Below are positions 30,521 through 41,282 of a DNA stretch of 64,000 bases, in pieces. Under the pieces are notes generated by a model. The model was not told the origin of the DNA. It was given only the letters and a program-made list of their open reading frames with translations, and ran no database searches. The stretch is from an uncultured Gemmatimonadales bacterium (GTDB taxonomy: Bacteria; Gemmatimonadota; Gemmatimonadetes; Gemmatimonadales; Gemmatimonadaceae): positions 512,001-576,000 of the forward strand of contig CAWBZV010000002.1 of assembly GCA_963793305.1 (NCBI GenBank). The letters are read 5' to 3'. Every line of letters starts with the position of its first letter. Position 1 is the stretch's first letter. The translations under genes were made by a program, and so were the position numbers.

Positions 30521-31294
30521 ATGCCCCCTGCGCGCGTGATGCGCTGGGCATCGGTGCTGAGCGCCGCCGTGATCGTATCGGCGTGGCGCCCGCTCACGAT
30601 TCCGACGGGGGCAGAGATCGTGCGGTCGATGCACGACAAGTACGCCGGCAAGTGGTTCAAGACGTTGACGTTCGTTCAACAAACCACGCGGCCTACGAAA
30701 GACGGCAAGGACACGGTCCAAACCTGGTACGAGAGCGCGTCGCTCCCAGGTCGCCTTCGTATCGATGTCGGCAAGCCGTCCGAGGGCAATGGTGTCCTCT
30801 ACCGGAACGACTCGACGTACCAGATAACGGCCGGTTCGCTCGACAAAGCCGCGGCGGGCGGTAACCCACTGCTCCCACTGCTGTTCGACGTCTACGTCGT
30901 GCCAGTTCACCAGACGATCGCCGACGTCCAGAACACTCTCAAGATCGACCTCTCCAAGGTCCGACAATCCACCTTCGATGGCCGTCCGGTCTACGTCATT
31001 GGCGCCGATTCGGGCAACGAGCACGCGCCTCAAGTCTGGATCGACACCGAGCGCCTCGTCGTGCTCCGCCAGATCTTCGCGTTCGGCAGCGACTCGAACG
31101 CCACCTACATCGACGGCCAGCTCAAGCAATACCGCCCGATCGGCAAGAGCTGGATCGCGCCGCGGTGCGAGTTCTACATCGCCGGCAAGCTGTTGCAGCG
31201 CGAGGACTACTCAGAGATCAAGGCCGACGTGCCACTGAGCGAGGCCCTGTTCGATCCGGCCCAGTGGAAGACCGCGCCGCACTGGTTACATTAG
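30521..31294 (+). CDS. Exported protein, LolA-like / lipoprotein-sorting fold (tentative)
   Basis: Signal peptide; beta-rich, PGRLRID, QVWIDTERLV, LFDP C-terminus. Confidence 0.65.
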   Translation: MPPARVMRWASVLSAAVIVSAWRPLTIPTGAEIVRSMHDKYAGKWFKTLTFVQQTTRPTKDGKDTVQTWYESASLPGRLRIDVGKPSEGNGVLYRNDSTYQITAGSLDKAAAGGNPLLPLLFDVYVVPVHQTIADVQNTLKIDLSKVRQSTFDGRPVYVIGADSGNEHAPQVWIDTERLVVLRQIFAFGSDSNATYIDGQLKQYRPIGKSWIAPRCEFYIAGKLLQREDYSEIKADVPLSEALFDPAQWKTAPHWLH

Positions 31295-31303
31295 GGTAAC
31301 GTC

Positions 31304-31376
<73 letters not shown>

Positions 31377-31381
31377 TGTGA

Positions 31382-31417
31382 AAAAGACGCCGGGACCTTC
31401 GGGTCCCGGCGTCTTTT
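31382..31417. terminator. Bidirectional intrinsic terminator
   Basis: AAAAGACGCCGGGACC-TTCG-GGTCCCGGCGTCTTTT perfect hairpin between convergent tRNA and CDS. Confidence 0.9.
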
Positions 31418-31424
31418 GCCGTCG

Positions 31425-32384
31425 TCAGCGGTTCTTGCGCGGTGGTTGTTGGCGCGCTTTGAGTGTCTGGGTTTGTCTCGCGTGCTTCGCCGCCAAAGCC
31501 TGGGTCTGTTGTTGATGGCGCTGCTCCAGTTGCTGAACTTTCGCGGGGGCAGCGTTCTGTTGGGATAGCCGCTGGTGTTCTTGTTGCTGCCGCTGTTGAA
31601 GATCTTGCCGCTCTTGCGTCTGTTTCGCCGCGAGTTGGTCTTGCTCGCCCTTGTATCGCTGATCGAGGCCCGCGTCTCCCGTGTTGGGAGTCGCATGCTC
31701 GGTCCGCGGCAGATCATTTGGATGCACGGCCGCTCGCGACTGGGGGTTGGAGCGAGCGAGGCGGGCTCGATCGGTCTGTGCGGCGACCGGGCCAACATGT
31801 CTCGCTTGGGCGGCTGCCTCCTCGTCCGCCGTCGCGCGCTCGGTGATGCCGCCGCGACCCCCATTGTAGCTGACACGGGTCACGTTGTTGTTCACGATCG
31901 TCGTGCTGTTGTAGACGTTGTGAACGACCGTGACATTCACGTTGGTGACCGTGCGGTTATAGAAGAAGTGTCCGCCATCCCAGTGGCCTCCGTCATACCC
32001 GTGCCCGGAGTAGCCAAATCCGTAGGCGACTCCGCCGTAGAACCCGATGTGTTCGCCCCAATATCCCTCGTGGAACACAAATGCACTGCCACCCCACCCC
32101 CAATATCCAGGGGTCCAGAGGAAGCCGGGTTGGGGCGGTTCCACCCAGGCACCGGCGACCCAGTAGTAGCTGCCATCAGCCCACGCCCAATAGCCGGGAG
32201 TCCAGAGGTAGCCGTCTCCGGGGCACGGCGGCTGTGAGTAGGCGGGAAGGTCCGGCGGCGCGACATCGACCGCCGCGCTGGTTGTGACGTATTCGTCCGG
32301 TGGAGGGTAGCCGGCCGAGCCACACGCGGCGAGCGTGATGGTCGTCAAGAGCATTGGAAGCACGCGGATCACGGTATTTCGCAT
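31425..32384 (-). CDS. YXWGXW/WXXGXW repeat lipoprotein
   Basis: Lipobox LAAC; YLWTPGYW, YYWVAGAW, FLWTPGYW; Gln-rich tail. Confidence 0.88.
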   Translation of the reverse strand: MRNTVIRVLPMLLTTITLAACGSAGYPPPDEYVTTSAAVDVAPPDLPAYSQPPCPGDGYLWTPGYWAWADGSYYWVAGAWVEPPQPGFLWTPGYWGWGGSAFVFHEGYWGEHIGFYGGVAYGFGYSGHGYDGGHWDGGHFFYNRTVTNVNVTVVHNVYNSTTIVNNNVTRVSYNGGRGGITERATADEEAAAQARHVGPVAAQTDRARLARSNPQSRAAVHPNDLPRTEHATPNTGDAGLDQRYKGEQDQLAAKQTQERQDLQQRQQQEHQRLSQQNAAPAKVQQLEQRHQQQTQALAAKHARQTQTLKARQQPPRKNR

Positions 32385-32455
32385 TTGAGTTCGCCTTGAG
32401 TATCGAGTCAGTAGGCCGACGTCGGGTGCGGATGTGACGTTAAGCGCCTGTGTCG

Positions 32456-33001
32456 TCAGGTCTGATCGAGCGGATAGCGCGTAACCGCGCCGGCGATCGT
32501 CTCGCCCGAGACCGATGCATACATGTGGCGGTCGGTGATGGTGAGCGAGAGCGCTGTCCGGCGCTGCAGACGGGCGGCGATACCATCGATGAACTCACGG
32601 TCAAACGCATACAGCTCGACATCGGCGGCTCGATGGATCCTCTCGCCGACCCACTGACGCACCAGCAGGGGCGCGTTCTTGTGCGTGTAGACGACGACGC
32701 GTGGCGCGGCCTTGCTGGCTTTGTGTAGTCGGACGGCATCCGGGGCGCCGATCTCGATCCAGACGCGCAGCGCGCCGGCCAGATCGCGCACGGCCAACGC
32801 CGGCGCGTCCGGCTCGGCGAGCCCGGCCGAGAATGCGATCCCCTCGGTGTACTCCAGACAGTAAGCGAGTACCCGGGTGACCAAGTACTCCTCGGTCTCG
32901 GACGGATGACGCGCGACGCGAAACGACAGCGGTGTATAGATATGGCGATCGACGTCGGACAGGTCGATGTCGAAGTTGTAGATGGTCGCGGAGAGAGCCA
33001 C
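32456..33001 (-). CDS. yaeQ: YaeQ family protein
   Basis: ALSATIY...LSDVDR...ARHPSET...WIEIG.PD..RLHKA. Confidence 0.92.
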   Translation of the reverse strand: MALSATIYNFDIDLSDVDRHIYTPLSFRVARHPSETEEYLVTRVLAYCLEYTEGIAFSAGLAEPDAPALAVRDLAGALRVWIEIGAPDAVRLHKASKAAPRVVVYTHKNAPLLVRQWVGERIHRAADVELYAFDREFIDGIAARLQRRTALSLTITDRHMYASVSGETIAGAVTRYPLDQT

Positions 33002-33054
33002 GGTGCCAGCATACCCCGCCATCGTCCATGGTGCCAGGCCGCCGCGCATCGTCG

Positions 33055-33849
33055 TCATGCATGCTGTCCGGCCGCATCCAGGATCAACTGGGTGATCTCG
33101 TCGGGATGGGAGATCGGCGAGAGATGGCTCGACTTCAACTCAATAGTCTTGGCGCCCATGCGCTTGGCCATGAAGCGCTCGAGGTCGGGGTTGATCGTCC
33201 GATCTTCCGTCGACACCGCGTAGAAGCTGGGCTTCGAGCGCCAGGCCGCGTGTGTGGTCTTGCCGGCGAGCAGCGCCTTGTGGAATGGCCATTGAGCCGC
33301 GTAGAGCACCTTGGCTTTCGCTTCCGGGATGTCGCCAGCGAAGTCGCGAAGGAACGCCGCTTCGGTGAAACGTCCTTCATCGCCGTCGAAGACGATCCCA
33401 GCCGAGGCGGGAGGCGCTGGAAATGTCTTGGCCAGGGCCGCGTAGTCCTCGCCCGCGTCTGGCGCCCTTGCGGCCACATAGACCACCGCTGAGACGTTCG
33501 GATGCACGCCGGCTTCGGTGACGATCATTCCCGAGAAAGAATGGCCAGCCAGGACAGTCGGGCCATCCTGTCGGGCCAGGACGCGCTGGGCCGAGGCGAC
33601 CGCGTCAGGCAGCGTCGTCAGAGGGTTCTGCACGGACGTGACATTGAGCCCTGCCGCCTGTAGTCGCGCGATCACCTCGGACCAGGACGACCCGTCGGCG
33701 AATAGCCCATGCACCAGGACGACGTTGCGGGCCACGACTGGGGCCGGGGTTGGGGTCGCGGTTATGCCGAGCCTGGAGAGCACCGAGCCAGCGGCGCCAG
33801 CAAGCAGGGCCGCTGAGAACGTGCGTCTGTCCATCGTGTGCAGCATCAT
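33055..33849 (-). CDS. Alpha/beta hydrolase with Tat-like signal
   Basis: DRRTF, VLVHG, GHSFSG, EDRTI, SSH. Confidence 0.9.
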   Translation of the reverse strand: MMLHTMDRRTFSAALLAGAAGSVLSRLGITATPTPAPVVARNVVLVHGLFADGSSWSEVIARLQAAGLNVTSVQNPLTTLPDAVASAQRVLARQDGPTVLAGHSFSGMIVTEAGVHPNVSAVVYVAARAPDAGEDYAALAKTFPAPPASAGIVFDGDEGRFTEAAFLRDFAGDIPEAKAKVLYAAQWPFHKALLAGKTTHAAWRSKPSFYAVSTEDRTINPDLERFMAKRMGAKTIELKSSHLSPISHPDEITQLILDAAGQHA

Positions 33850-33957
33850 AGGATGGTTTCCCTCGTGGAATGAAATGGGCTGGCATCACATCGCCGTCCA
33901 GCATCGCGACCGCGAGCAGATATGGCAGGCTGTGGTCCGCCTCTCAGGGGCGAAGAA

Positions 33958-34347
33958 CTACAATGTCGAGAGTCCGCCGCGGATCCAGGAGGCGAGCTCG
34001 GTCTCGGTCATCCGCTTGTCGGCCACCGCTCGCATCGTCTCGACGACATCGTCGTCCGTTCGCCCCAGGTCGTATCCATTCAACTCCAGGAAGATGGCCG
34101 CCACGAGGAACGCCGTGCGCTTGTTGCCATCGGAGTACGGGTGCGACATGGCGATCCCGAACGCATACGCCGCCGCAAGCTGCGCCATGTCAGCATCGGG
34201 ATCGTAGACGTATTTCTGCTGAGGTCGTGCGAGCGCGGCGGCTAGCGCGGTCGCATCGCGCATACCCTGCAGACCGCCGTGCTCATGGAGCTGACTGGTG
34301 TGGACGGCGTCCACGATGACGGCGTCCACCCAGATCGGTTCGTCCAC
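33958..34347 (-). CDS. doc: Doc (death-on-curing, Fic family) toxin
   Basis: HPYSDGNKRTA Fic motif; LAAAYAFGI. Confidence 0.93.
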   Translation of the reverse strand: MDEPIWVDAVIVDAVHTSQLHEHGGLQGMRDATALAAALARPQQKYVYDPDADMAQLAAAYAFGIAMSHPYSDGNKRTAFLVAAIFLELNGYDLGRTDDDVVETMRAVADKRMTETELASWIRGGLSTL

Positions 34348-34578
34348 TTACTTCCGTGACAAGTCGCGGAGCGCACCTCTGTACTTCTTCGCGATGCGAT
34401 CATAAGCCTCCATCGCGCGCTCAGTCGTCGGATCGTACGGCGTGAGCAGCACACCGGCCTCAGTCTCGACCGCGAAAACCGTGTCGCCCACGCCGATGTG
34501 AAATCGATCGGCCATCTCCTTTGGGATGGTCGCCGACACCGATGTGCCAGTCTGCCGGACAATCACTTTCTTGACCAT
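34348..34578 (-). CDS. AbrB/MazE/SpoVT-type antitoxin
   Basis: VRQTGTSVSATIPKE...GDTV...LLTPYD; directly upstream of doc. Confidence 0.9.
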   Translation of the reverse strand: MVKKVIVRQTGTSVSATIPKEMADRFHIGVGDTVFAVETEAGVLLTPYDPTTERAMEAYDRIAKKYRGALRDLSRK

Positions 34579-34584
34579 GGATCT

Positions 34585-34613
34585 ATTATAAGCATAATAA
34601 TGCTTATTTGCAA
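34585..34613 (-). promoter_or_regulatory. Sigma70 promoter of TA operon with overlapping palindromic operator
   Basis: TTGCAA-17 bp-TATAAT-6 bp-ATG; inverted repeat ATAAGCAT-N4-ATGCTTAT at 34588-34607. Confidence 0.85.
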
Positions 34614-34620
34614 GCATATA

Positions 34621-35145
34621 TCAGCCAACAGTTTGCTCCACCAATGCGTCGACCTCGCTCAAGAGGCCGGTCTCCATGTCGAATACAAAGCCCCGCACCG
34701 GGACCTCTTTCGATATCCACGGATGGGATCTGACCTTGTGGATCTGCTCGCGAGTATGCTGCACCGGGTCTTTGTACGCGTAGAAGCGGATCGGAGCGGG
34801 CGACGAGTCGCCAGTCTCGGCCGTGAGCTTCTTGTTTAACTCATCGTCGGTGAACGTCGTCCAGCCGCACCCGGTGTGGTTGAGCAGCATGATCTCTTTC
34901 GATCCAAGCACGTGATTAGAAACGAGAAGCTCCGAGATCACATCGTCGGTTACCACTGGTCCGCCGGTGCGGATGACGTCGATATCGGCCATCGGCACCC
35001 CTAAGATTGCCGAGAGGTCCGACATGCGCGGATCCATACAGACGACAACGGCGATTTTGGGAGCCGGACGCTGCGCGCGCTTTGGATCGTGCGTCTTCGC
35101 CGCGTAATCACGATTCGCTTCCAGCGCCTTGTCAATAAGACTCAT
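34621..35145 (-). CDS. Beta-class carbonic anhydrase
   Basis: CMDPR and HTGC zinc motifs; AGGA RBS. Confidence 0.92.
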   Translation of the reverse strand: MSLIDKALEANRDYAAKTHDPKRAQRPAPKIAVVVCMDPRMSDLSAILGVPMADIDVIRTGGPVVTDDVISELLVSNHVLGSKEIMLLNHTGCGWTTFTDDELNKKLTAETGDSSPAPIRFYAYKDPVQHTREQIHKVRSHPWISKEVPVRGFVFDMETGLLSEVDALVEQTVG

Positions 35146-35160
35146 TCCTGGGCTCTCCGT

Positions 35161-36181
35161 GTGAGAAGACAGCAAGTTGCTGCAAGCACCGTGCTCGTGA
35201 CAGGTGGCTCTGGGTTCATCGCCAGCCACTGCATCCTCCAGCTCATAGCCGCGGGCTATCAGGTTCGCACGACGGTGCGGAACCAGTCGCGCCAGGTCGA
35301 ACGTCTCGTCCGTCGTCGCCGATTTGCAGAACGATGCAGGCTGGACTGAAGCGGTCGCCGGATGCGAGTACGTACTTCATGTGGCGTCGCCGTTCCCGCA
35401 CACCATGCCAGCAGACGAAAACGAGCTGATCGTGCCGGCGCGAGACGGCGCGCTGCGAGTGCTCCGGGCGGCGCGCGACAGTGGCGTCAAGCGCGTCGTG
35501 CTAACCTCGTCGTTCGCCGCGATCGGTTACGGACACAAGGAGCAACGAGCGGCATTCGACGAGACCAACTGGTCGAATGTGAAAACTCCCTGTGTGACGG
35601 CATACGCCAAGTCCAAGTTCTTCGCCGAACGCGCGGCGTGGGATTTCATGGCGAAAGAGGGCGGAGCCCTGGAGCTGTCCGTCGTCAATCCCGTCGGCGT
35701 GTTCGGACCGCTGCTAAAACCGGATCTGGCGACGTCGATCCTCATGGTGAAGCGCATGATGGACGGCGCCATCCCCGGCGTCCCGCAGCTCTACTTCGGT
35801 ATCGTCGACGTGCGCGATATCGCCGACCTGCACATTCGGGCGATGACGCATCCCGCCGCCAAAGGAGAGCGCTTTCTCGGCACGGCCGGCGACTTCATGT
35901 CGATGCTGGACATGGCGAGAGCGCTGAAGCACCGCCTGGGAGCAGCGGCCAGGCGAGTGCCGGCGCGAGCGCTCCCCAACTGGATGGTTCGCCTCGTGGC
36001 GCTGCGGGATCCAGCGGCCCGATACATCCTGCCCGAGCTGGGCAAGTACAAGAACGGCACGAGCGCCAAAGCCAGACGCCTGCTGGGATGGACGCCGCGC
36101 CCCTCGGAGGATGCCTTGGTCGCCACGGCCGAAAGCCTGCTGCAACTCGGCCTCGTCAAAGGACATCGGGTCGCCGCATAG
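35161..36181 (+). CDS. NAD-dependent epimerase/aldehyde reductase (DFR-like extended SDR); frameshift at ~35300
   Basis: VTGGSGFIASH, HVASP, YAKSK; removing one A at 35300-35301 restores the frame (QVDVSSVVADLQND). Confidence 0.85.
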
Positions 36182-36217
36182 TGTTTCGCTCACCACTGCG
36201 GTGTCGTCTACCATCAT

Positions 36218-37669
36218 ATGGTGGCAGGCGAGGGCGGTCCGTGGCGGGCGCTCGTCGAACACGCCAGCGAAATGCTGTGCGTGACCGGGCCGCATGGGCG
36301 GCTCGTATACGTTAACGCAGCATGGCGCCGAACCCTCGGCTATAGCCTCGAGGAAGCGGCATCACGCCACCCGGCCGAGTTCGTGGCGAGCGAAGATCGC
36401 GCGCGCTATCGCTCGATCGCCAAGCGCATGGTCGAAGGACACCCCGTCGAGGATTTCGAGGCATCACTCGTCGCCAAAGACGGACGGTACGTCGTGTGTC
36501 GCGGATGGGCCGTCGCGCAGTACACGGACGGAACGCTCACCGGCACGGTAGCCGGATATCACGATTGCACCGCGGAGCGCGCGGTCGAGCGAGCGATCGA
36601 TGCGCTGGCGGAAAGCGAGGCGCGATTCCGGCGACTGTCTGATGCCGCGACGGATGGCGTCGCCGTGTCGCGCGAGGGCTTGCTGCGTGAAGTCAATGCC
36701 GCGTGGTGCCGGATGTTCGGCGTCACGGAAGAGGCCGCGCTCGGCACACAGACCGCCATGTTGGTCGCCGAGGACGAGCGACAGGACGTATTCCGGCGTA
36801 TGGCGGAGGCGCCGTCGGTCGCCCAGCTGCTCACGCTCGTACGACCGGACGGCACGACGTTCGATGGCGAGCTCACCGCCGGCCCGATTTCGTATCGCGG
36901 CACACCGGCGCGTATCCTGGTGGTGCGCGACATGTCGGCGTGGATGCGCGTCCACCGCCTCAAGAACGAGTTCGTGTCGACGGTCTCGCACGAGCTGCGG
37001 ACCCCACTGACCGCGATCCAAGGCGCCATCAAGCTGTTGGAGAGCGGCGCGATAGCGGCCGGCACACCAAAGGCCGCCCAGCTCCTCACCGTCGCTCGCG
37101 CCAACTCCGAACGCCTCGGACGACTGGTCAACGATCTCCTCGATCTCGAGAAGATCGAGGCGGGGCGTCTCGTCCTGCGCCGCGAGGAAGTGTCGCCACA
37201 CGATGTCGTGAGCGCCGCGCGTGATGCCACCGCCGAGTTGGCCGCCCAGGCGCACGTCGGCGTCACCGCCATGGTCCTCACCGAGCGCACGTTCCCCGCC
37301 GATCCCGATCGCGTCGTGCAGGTGCTCACGAACCTGGTGTCGAACGCCATCAAGTTCGCGGCGACGGATTCGCGCGTGCGCGTCGAGGTCTGCCTCGCGA
37401 GCGAAGCGGCCGTGCGATTCGCGGTGACGAACGTCGGTGCGGGCATCTCGGCCGCGGATATGCCCCGGTTGTTCACGAAGTTCGGTCAGCTGGATGGATC
37501 GGATGCCCGGCGCCACGGCGGGACCGGCCTTGGGCTCGCGATAGCGAAATCGATCGTGGAACAGCATGGTGGACGCATCGGTGTGCAGTCGGTCGTCGGC
37601 GGTGAGACGACGTTCTGGGTGGAGTGGCCCGTCAGCGGGTATCCGGCAGACGGTCGAGCACATCCCTGA
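36218..37669 (+). CDS. PAS-PAS sensor histidine kinase
   Basis: SHELRTPL, NAIKF, GGTGLGL. Confidence 0.92.
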   Translation: MVAGEGGPWRALVEHASEMLCVTGPHGRLVYVNAAWRRTLGYSLEEAASRHPAEFVASEDRARYRSIAKRMVEGHPVEDFEASLVAKDGRYVVCRGWAVAQYTDGTLTGTVAGYHDCTAERAVERAIDALAESEARFRRLSDAATDGVAVSREGLLREVNAAWCRMFGVTEEAALGTQTAMLVAEDERQDVFRRMAEAPSVAQLLTLVRPDGTTFDGELTAGPISYRGTPARILVVRDMSAWMRVHRLKNEFVSTVSHELRTPLTAIQGAIKLLESGAIAAGTPKAAQLLTVARANSERLGRLVNDLLDLEKIEAGRLVLRREEVSPHDVVSAARDATAELAAQAHVGVTAMVLTERTFPADPDRVVQVLTNLVSNAIKFAATDSRVRVEVCLASEAAVRFAVTNVGAGISAADMPRLFTKFGQLDGSDARRHGGTGLGLAIAKSIVEQHGGRIGVQSVVGGETTFWVEWPVSGYPADGRAHP

Positions 37670-39176
37670 CCGCGCGCGAGAGCCCCGCGGCGGTGAAGGG
37701 CTTCTGCACAAACGGTGTCGTGGCATCGATCAGCCCGCGACGGATCACGTCGTCGTCCGTATACCCCGACATATACAGCGGACGTACGTTGGGTCTGACG
37801 GCGGCGACCGCCTGGTACGCCGCGCGACCCGACCCGCCCGGCATGACGAGATCGGTGAGCACCAGCGCGATCGGACCCACATGCGTCCGCGCCGCCTCGA
37901 GCGCTTCCGCGCCGGTCGCGGCAGTGATGACGCTATAGCCCTGTGAGACCAGCACGCGCGCCGTCAGCGCGCGAACCGCCGGCTCGTCCTCGACCACGAG
38001 AATCGTCTCCGTGTTGGAGCGGATGCTCGGCGCCTGAACGGGCGGTGTCGCTTGATTGACGTCGGGCTGGGCGAGTGGAAGGTAGATCTTGAATGTCGTG
38101 CCCAGTCCGACCTCGCTATAGACCCAGATGTACCCTCCGGACTGCTTGACGATGCCGTAGACGGTCGCGAGCCCCAGTCCCGTCCCGGAGCCGAGCGCTT
38201 TCGTGGTAAAGAACGGCTCGAAGAGATGGTCCCGAACGTGGCGGTCCATGCCGCAACCCGTGTCGGTCACCGCCAGGACGGCGTATCGCCCGGGCACCAC
38301 GACCGTCCGGCGCTGCGTGTAGCACGCGTCGAGCTCGGCCACTCCAGTCTCGACGGTCAGTGTCCCACACCCGGGCATCGCATCGCGCGCGTTCGCCGCC
38401 AGGTTCATGAGCACTTGCTCGAGCTGACCGGCATCGGCCACGATCGGCAACTGCTCATCGCCCGGTCGGGTCACGATGTCGATGTCCTCAGGGATCAGGC
38501 GGCGGAGCATCGCCTCCAGGCCGAACACGATCGTATTCAGGTCGAGCACGCGCGGGCGGAGCAGCTGCTTCCGGCTGAACGTGAGGAGCTGACTCGTGAG
38601 TCGGCCAGCAGCCGCCACCGCGGTCAATATGGACTCGACTTCCGGCCGCGCGGCGTGATCCGGCGGGAGGTCTTCCCCGAGCAGCTCGCCGCTGGCGCTG
38701 ATCACCGTCAGCAGGTTGTTGAAGTCGTGGGCGATCCCGCCGGCGAGGCGACCGACGGCGTCCATCTTCTGTGCCTGGCGCAACTGCTCCTCGAGCCGGC
38801 GATGTGCCGTGACGTCATCGACGACCACGAGGTGCGCGGGCCGGTCGTCGAACGTGGTCGCCGAAAACGTGAGATTGACGATGAGCGTCCGGCCGTCGCG
38901 CGTCCGATGCGTGACATCCGTGCGCACGTTGCGCGCGGCGAATCGATTCAGGAGCTCAGGCGCGTCCGTCCGTTCGAGGTCGGACAGGGTCAGCGCCAGA
39001 AATGCCTCGCGGGAGTATCCGTAGCACCCGATCGCCGCCTCGTTCACATCGCGAATCGCCAGCGTGGCATTGTCGTAGATGAACATGGGCACGGGCATTT
39101 CGAGAAACAGCAAACGGTAGGACTCCGGCGCGGTTCGCGACAATGGCAGGGCGATCGAGGCGGCGCTACGCGGCAT
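37632..39176 (-). CDS. PAS hybrid histidine kinase with receiver
   Basis: AHDFNN, NARDAM, GTGLGL, REC domain. Confidence 0.93.
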   Translation of the reverse strand: MPRSAASIALPLSRTAPESYRLLFLEMPVPMFIYDNATLAIRDVNEAAIGCYGYSREAFLALTLSDLERTDAPELLNRFAARNVRTDVTHRTRDGRTLIVNLTFSATTFDDRPAHLVVVDDVTAHRRLEEQLRQAQKMDAVGRLAGGIAHDFNNLLTVISASGELLGEDLPPDHAARPEVESILTAVAAAGRLTSQLLTFSRKQLLRPRVLDLNTIVFGLEAMLRRLIPEDIDIVTRPGDEQLPIVADAGQLEQVLMNLAANARDAMPGCGTLTVETGVAELDACYTQRRTVVVPGRYAVLAVTDTGCGMDRHVRDHLFEPFFTTKALGSGTGLGLATVYGIVKQSGGYIWVYSEVGLGTTFKIYLPLAQPDVNQATPPVQAPSIRSNTETILVVEDEPAVRALTARVLVSQGYSVITAATGAEALEAARTHVGPIALVLTDLVMPGGSGRAAYQAVAAVRPNVRPLYMSGYTDDDVIRRGLIDATTPFVQKPFTAAGLSRAVRDVLDRLPDTR

Positions 39177-40737
39177 TGGCGATCACCGTGAGGTATTCGA
39201 TCGAGCCGACGAACGCGGCGAACACGTCCGGGCGCCACCAGTGCGAGAGCTTTCGCATCTTGGCGACCGCCTCGCCCGGCGGAACGGGATCCTGGTAGCT
39301 GCGCGCCGAGGTCATCGCATCGAAGACGTTGGCGACGCACACGATCTGGGCATGCAGCGGGATCTCGTCGCCCGCGAGCCCGTCGGGATAGCCGGTGCCG
39401 TCGAGCTTCTCGTGATGCCACCGGATGATGGGCTTGATGAGCCACGGGAACTCGAGGTCCTCGAGAATCTCGAGTCCCCATTCCGGGTGCTTCTTGATGA
39501 TGTCGAACTCCTCAGGCGTCAGCTTCCCGGGCTTATTCAAAATGGTCGGCGGGATGCGCACCTTGCCGATGTCGTGCAGCGACGCACCCACCCGCACGGT
39601 CGTGACGTTGACCGGATCGAGCGCCAACGCCTCGGCGATTGCGACCGCATAGGCCGCGACGCGCTCCGAATGCCCATAGGTGTACGTATCGGCCGACTCG
39701 AGCGACCGGCCGTATTTGGCGACGACGTCGAGAAACGTGGCTTCCAGATCCTCGACGTCGGCGACGACGCGCCGATGATCGGCATTGGCGCCGAGCTGGC
39801 TGAACAGCCGGTGGGCGGCCGTGAGCCGGGTCATCGCGTCGTGATTCCGCTCCTGCTTGATGTACAGCAGCGCCATGTCGCGATTGGCTTCGGCGATCTG
39901 GAGCGGCGCGCCAACCGCCGTCGCGTTGGCCAGCGCCGCCCGGAATCGCTGCTCGGCCAAGTCGGGGATGCCCATCTCGCGATAGACGATGCCGAGCGAT
40001 CGATACGCATCGGCCTTGCCGCTGACGTTGCCGAGTCGCGTGAAGATCTCGAGCGCCTGCTCCGCGTCCGTGAACGCGCGATCGTAGTCGGCCAGTCCGA
40101 CCTGGACTTCGGATCGGTTCAACAGGACGCTGGCCTGGAACGGGATGTCGCCCAATCGTTCGGCGATCTTGAGGCTGGCCGCGAAATATTCGTCGGCCTT
40201 GCGCCACTCGCGCTGGTCGGCCGTCAGCATGCCGAGGTTATGATACGCGACCGCGCACCCCTGCTCGTCGCGGGCTTGGCGGAAGCGCATCAGCGAGCGC
40301 AGGTACCGCTTGCGCGCCGCGGGAAAGTCGCCTTGAATGTTGGCGATGATGCCGAAGTTCTGCTCGATCCGCGCGACGAGTAGTGCTTCGGATCCCGCGA
40401 GCTCGAGCGCCCGGGTCAACTGGGTGGTGGCGTTCGCCCACTGCGCCTGGTCGATGTGGACGAGCGCCCGACCGTTGAGCGCTTCCGCGGCAGTCACGTG
40501 ATCGTCGGCCGCGATGGCCATCTCGTACGCGGTCTGGCACATCATGATCGCCCGGTCGAACTCTTGCCGGCGGCGATGAATCGAGGCGCATCGCCGGAGG
40601 GCAGTCGCTCGTTCGCGAGCGTCGTAAGACGGCACGGCCATGGCCACCGCGGTGTAGGCTTCGAGCGCCCCGGTGGTGTCGCCGGCCCGGTCCAAGTCGA
40701 GCGCGGCGGACAGCAGCGGCCCTGCCGCGCTGGTCAC
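39166..40737 (-). CDS. TPR-repeat + HD-GYP phosphodiesterase
   Basis: N-terminal TPRs; HSERV, LHDIGK, HHEKLDGTGYP. Confidence 0.92.
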   Translation of the reverse strand: MTSAAGPLLSAALDLDRAGDTTGALEAYTAVAMAVPSYDARERATALRRCASIHRRRQEFDRAIMMCQTAYEMAIAADDHVTAAEALNGRALVHIDQAQWANATTQLTRALELAGSEALLVARIEQNFGIIANIQGDFPAARKRYLRSLMRFRQARDEQGCAVAYHNLGMLTADQREWRKADEYFAASLKIAERLGDIPFQASVLLNRSEVQVGLADYDRAFTDAEQALEIFTRLGNVSGKADAYRSLGIVYREMGIPDLAEQRFRAALANATAVGAPLQIAEANRDMALLYIKQERNHDAMTRLTAAHRLFSQLGANADHRRVVADVEDLEATFLDVVAKYGRSLESADTYTYGHSERVAAYAVAIAEALALDPVNVTTVRVGASLHDIGKVRIPPTILNKPGKLTPEEFDIIKKHPEWGLEILEDLEFPWLIKPIIRWHHEKLDGTGYPDGLAGDEIPLHAQIVCVANVFDAMTSARSYQDPVPPGEAVAKMRKLSHWWRPDVFAAFVGSIEYLTVIANAA

Positions 40738-41282
40738 CGCCGCTCAGCTCCTGCGTACACGGAGAAGTGGCCGATGAGTGCGCTCACCGTGTGCGAATCG
40801 AGGTGGAGGATCGATGGCAACCATTGCAGGATCTGACCGAGTGGCCCATTCAGGTAGACGATGCTCAGTGAGTTCGACGGCTGCGGATTACACTGGGCGT
40901 AGCCGAGTGTGAGCGTCGCCGGTACCAGGAACTGCAAGCCCTCGGGCTGGAGCACGGCGGTCAGGTGGCCGTCCGCTGGAGCGGTGGCGGTGATGGTCGT
41001 CTGCCTGAGCAACGCGCCGGGCGGAATGAGCAGCGTGTGCGGTCCGAAGTTGATCACGCCACCCAATAGACCAATGGTCGCCGTGTCCGACGCCGCGACC
41101 GTGTCCGCGGCACACACGAACAGAGACTCCGCCGGCGGCGAGAAGAGCAGGTTCGACCGCACGGAAGGAGAGGTCACGTTGGTGCGGTCGTCGCGACAGC
41201 CAGTCAGCAACCAGGCAGTCGTGGCGGCGCCGACGAGGAGCGCGCCGAAGAGCAGATTGCGTTTGAGTGTGATGGCTGACAT
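40734..41282 (-). CDS. Lipoprotein with ZU5-like beta domain
   Basis: Lipobox LTGC; IGLLGG...LLIPPGAL...PEGLQF.VPATLTL...GHFSVY. Confidence 0.7.
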   Translation of the reverse strand: MSAITLKRNLLFGALLVGAATTAWLLTGCRDDRTNVTSPSVRSNLLFSPPAESLFVCAADTVAASDTATIGLLGGVINFGPHTLLIPPGALLRQTTITATAPADGHLTAVLQPEGLQFLVPATLTLGYAQCNPQPSNSLSIVYLNGPLGQILQWLPSILHLDSHTVSALIGHFSVYAGAERR

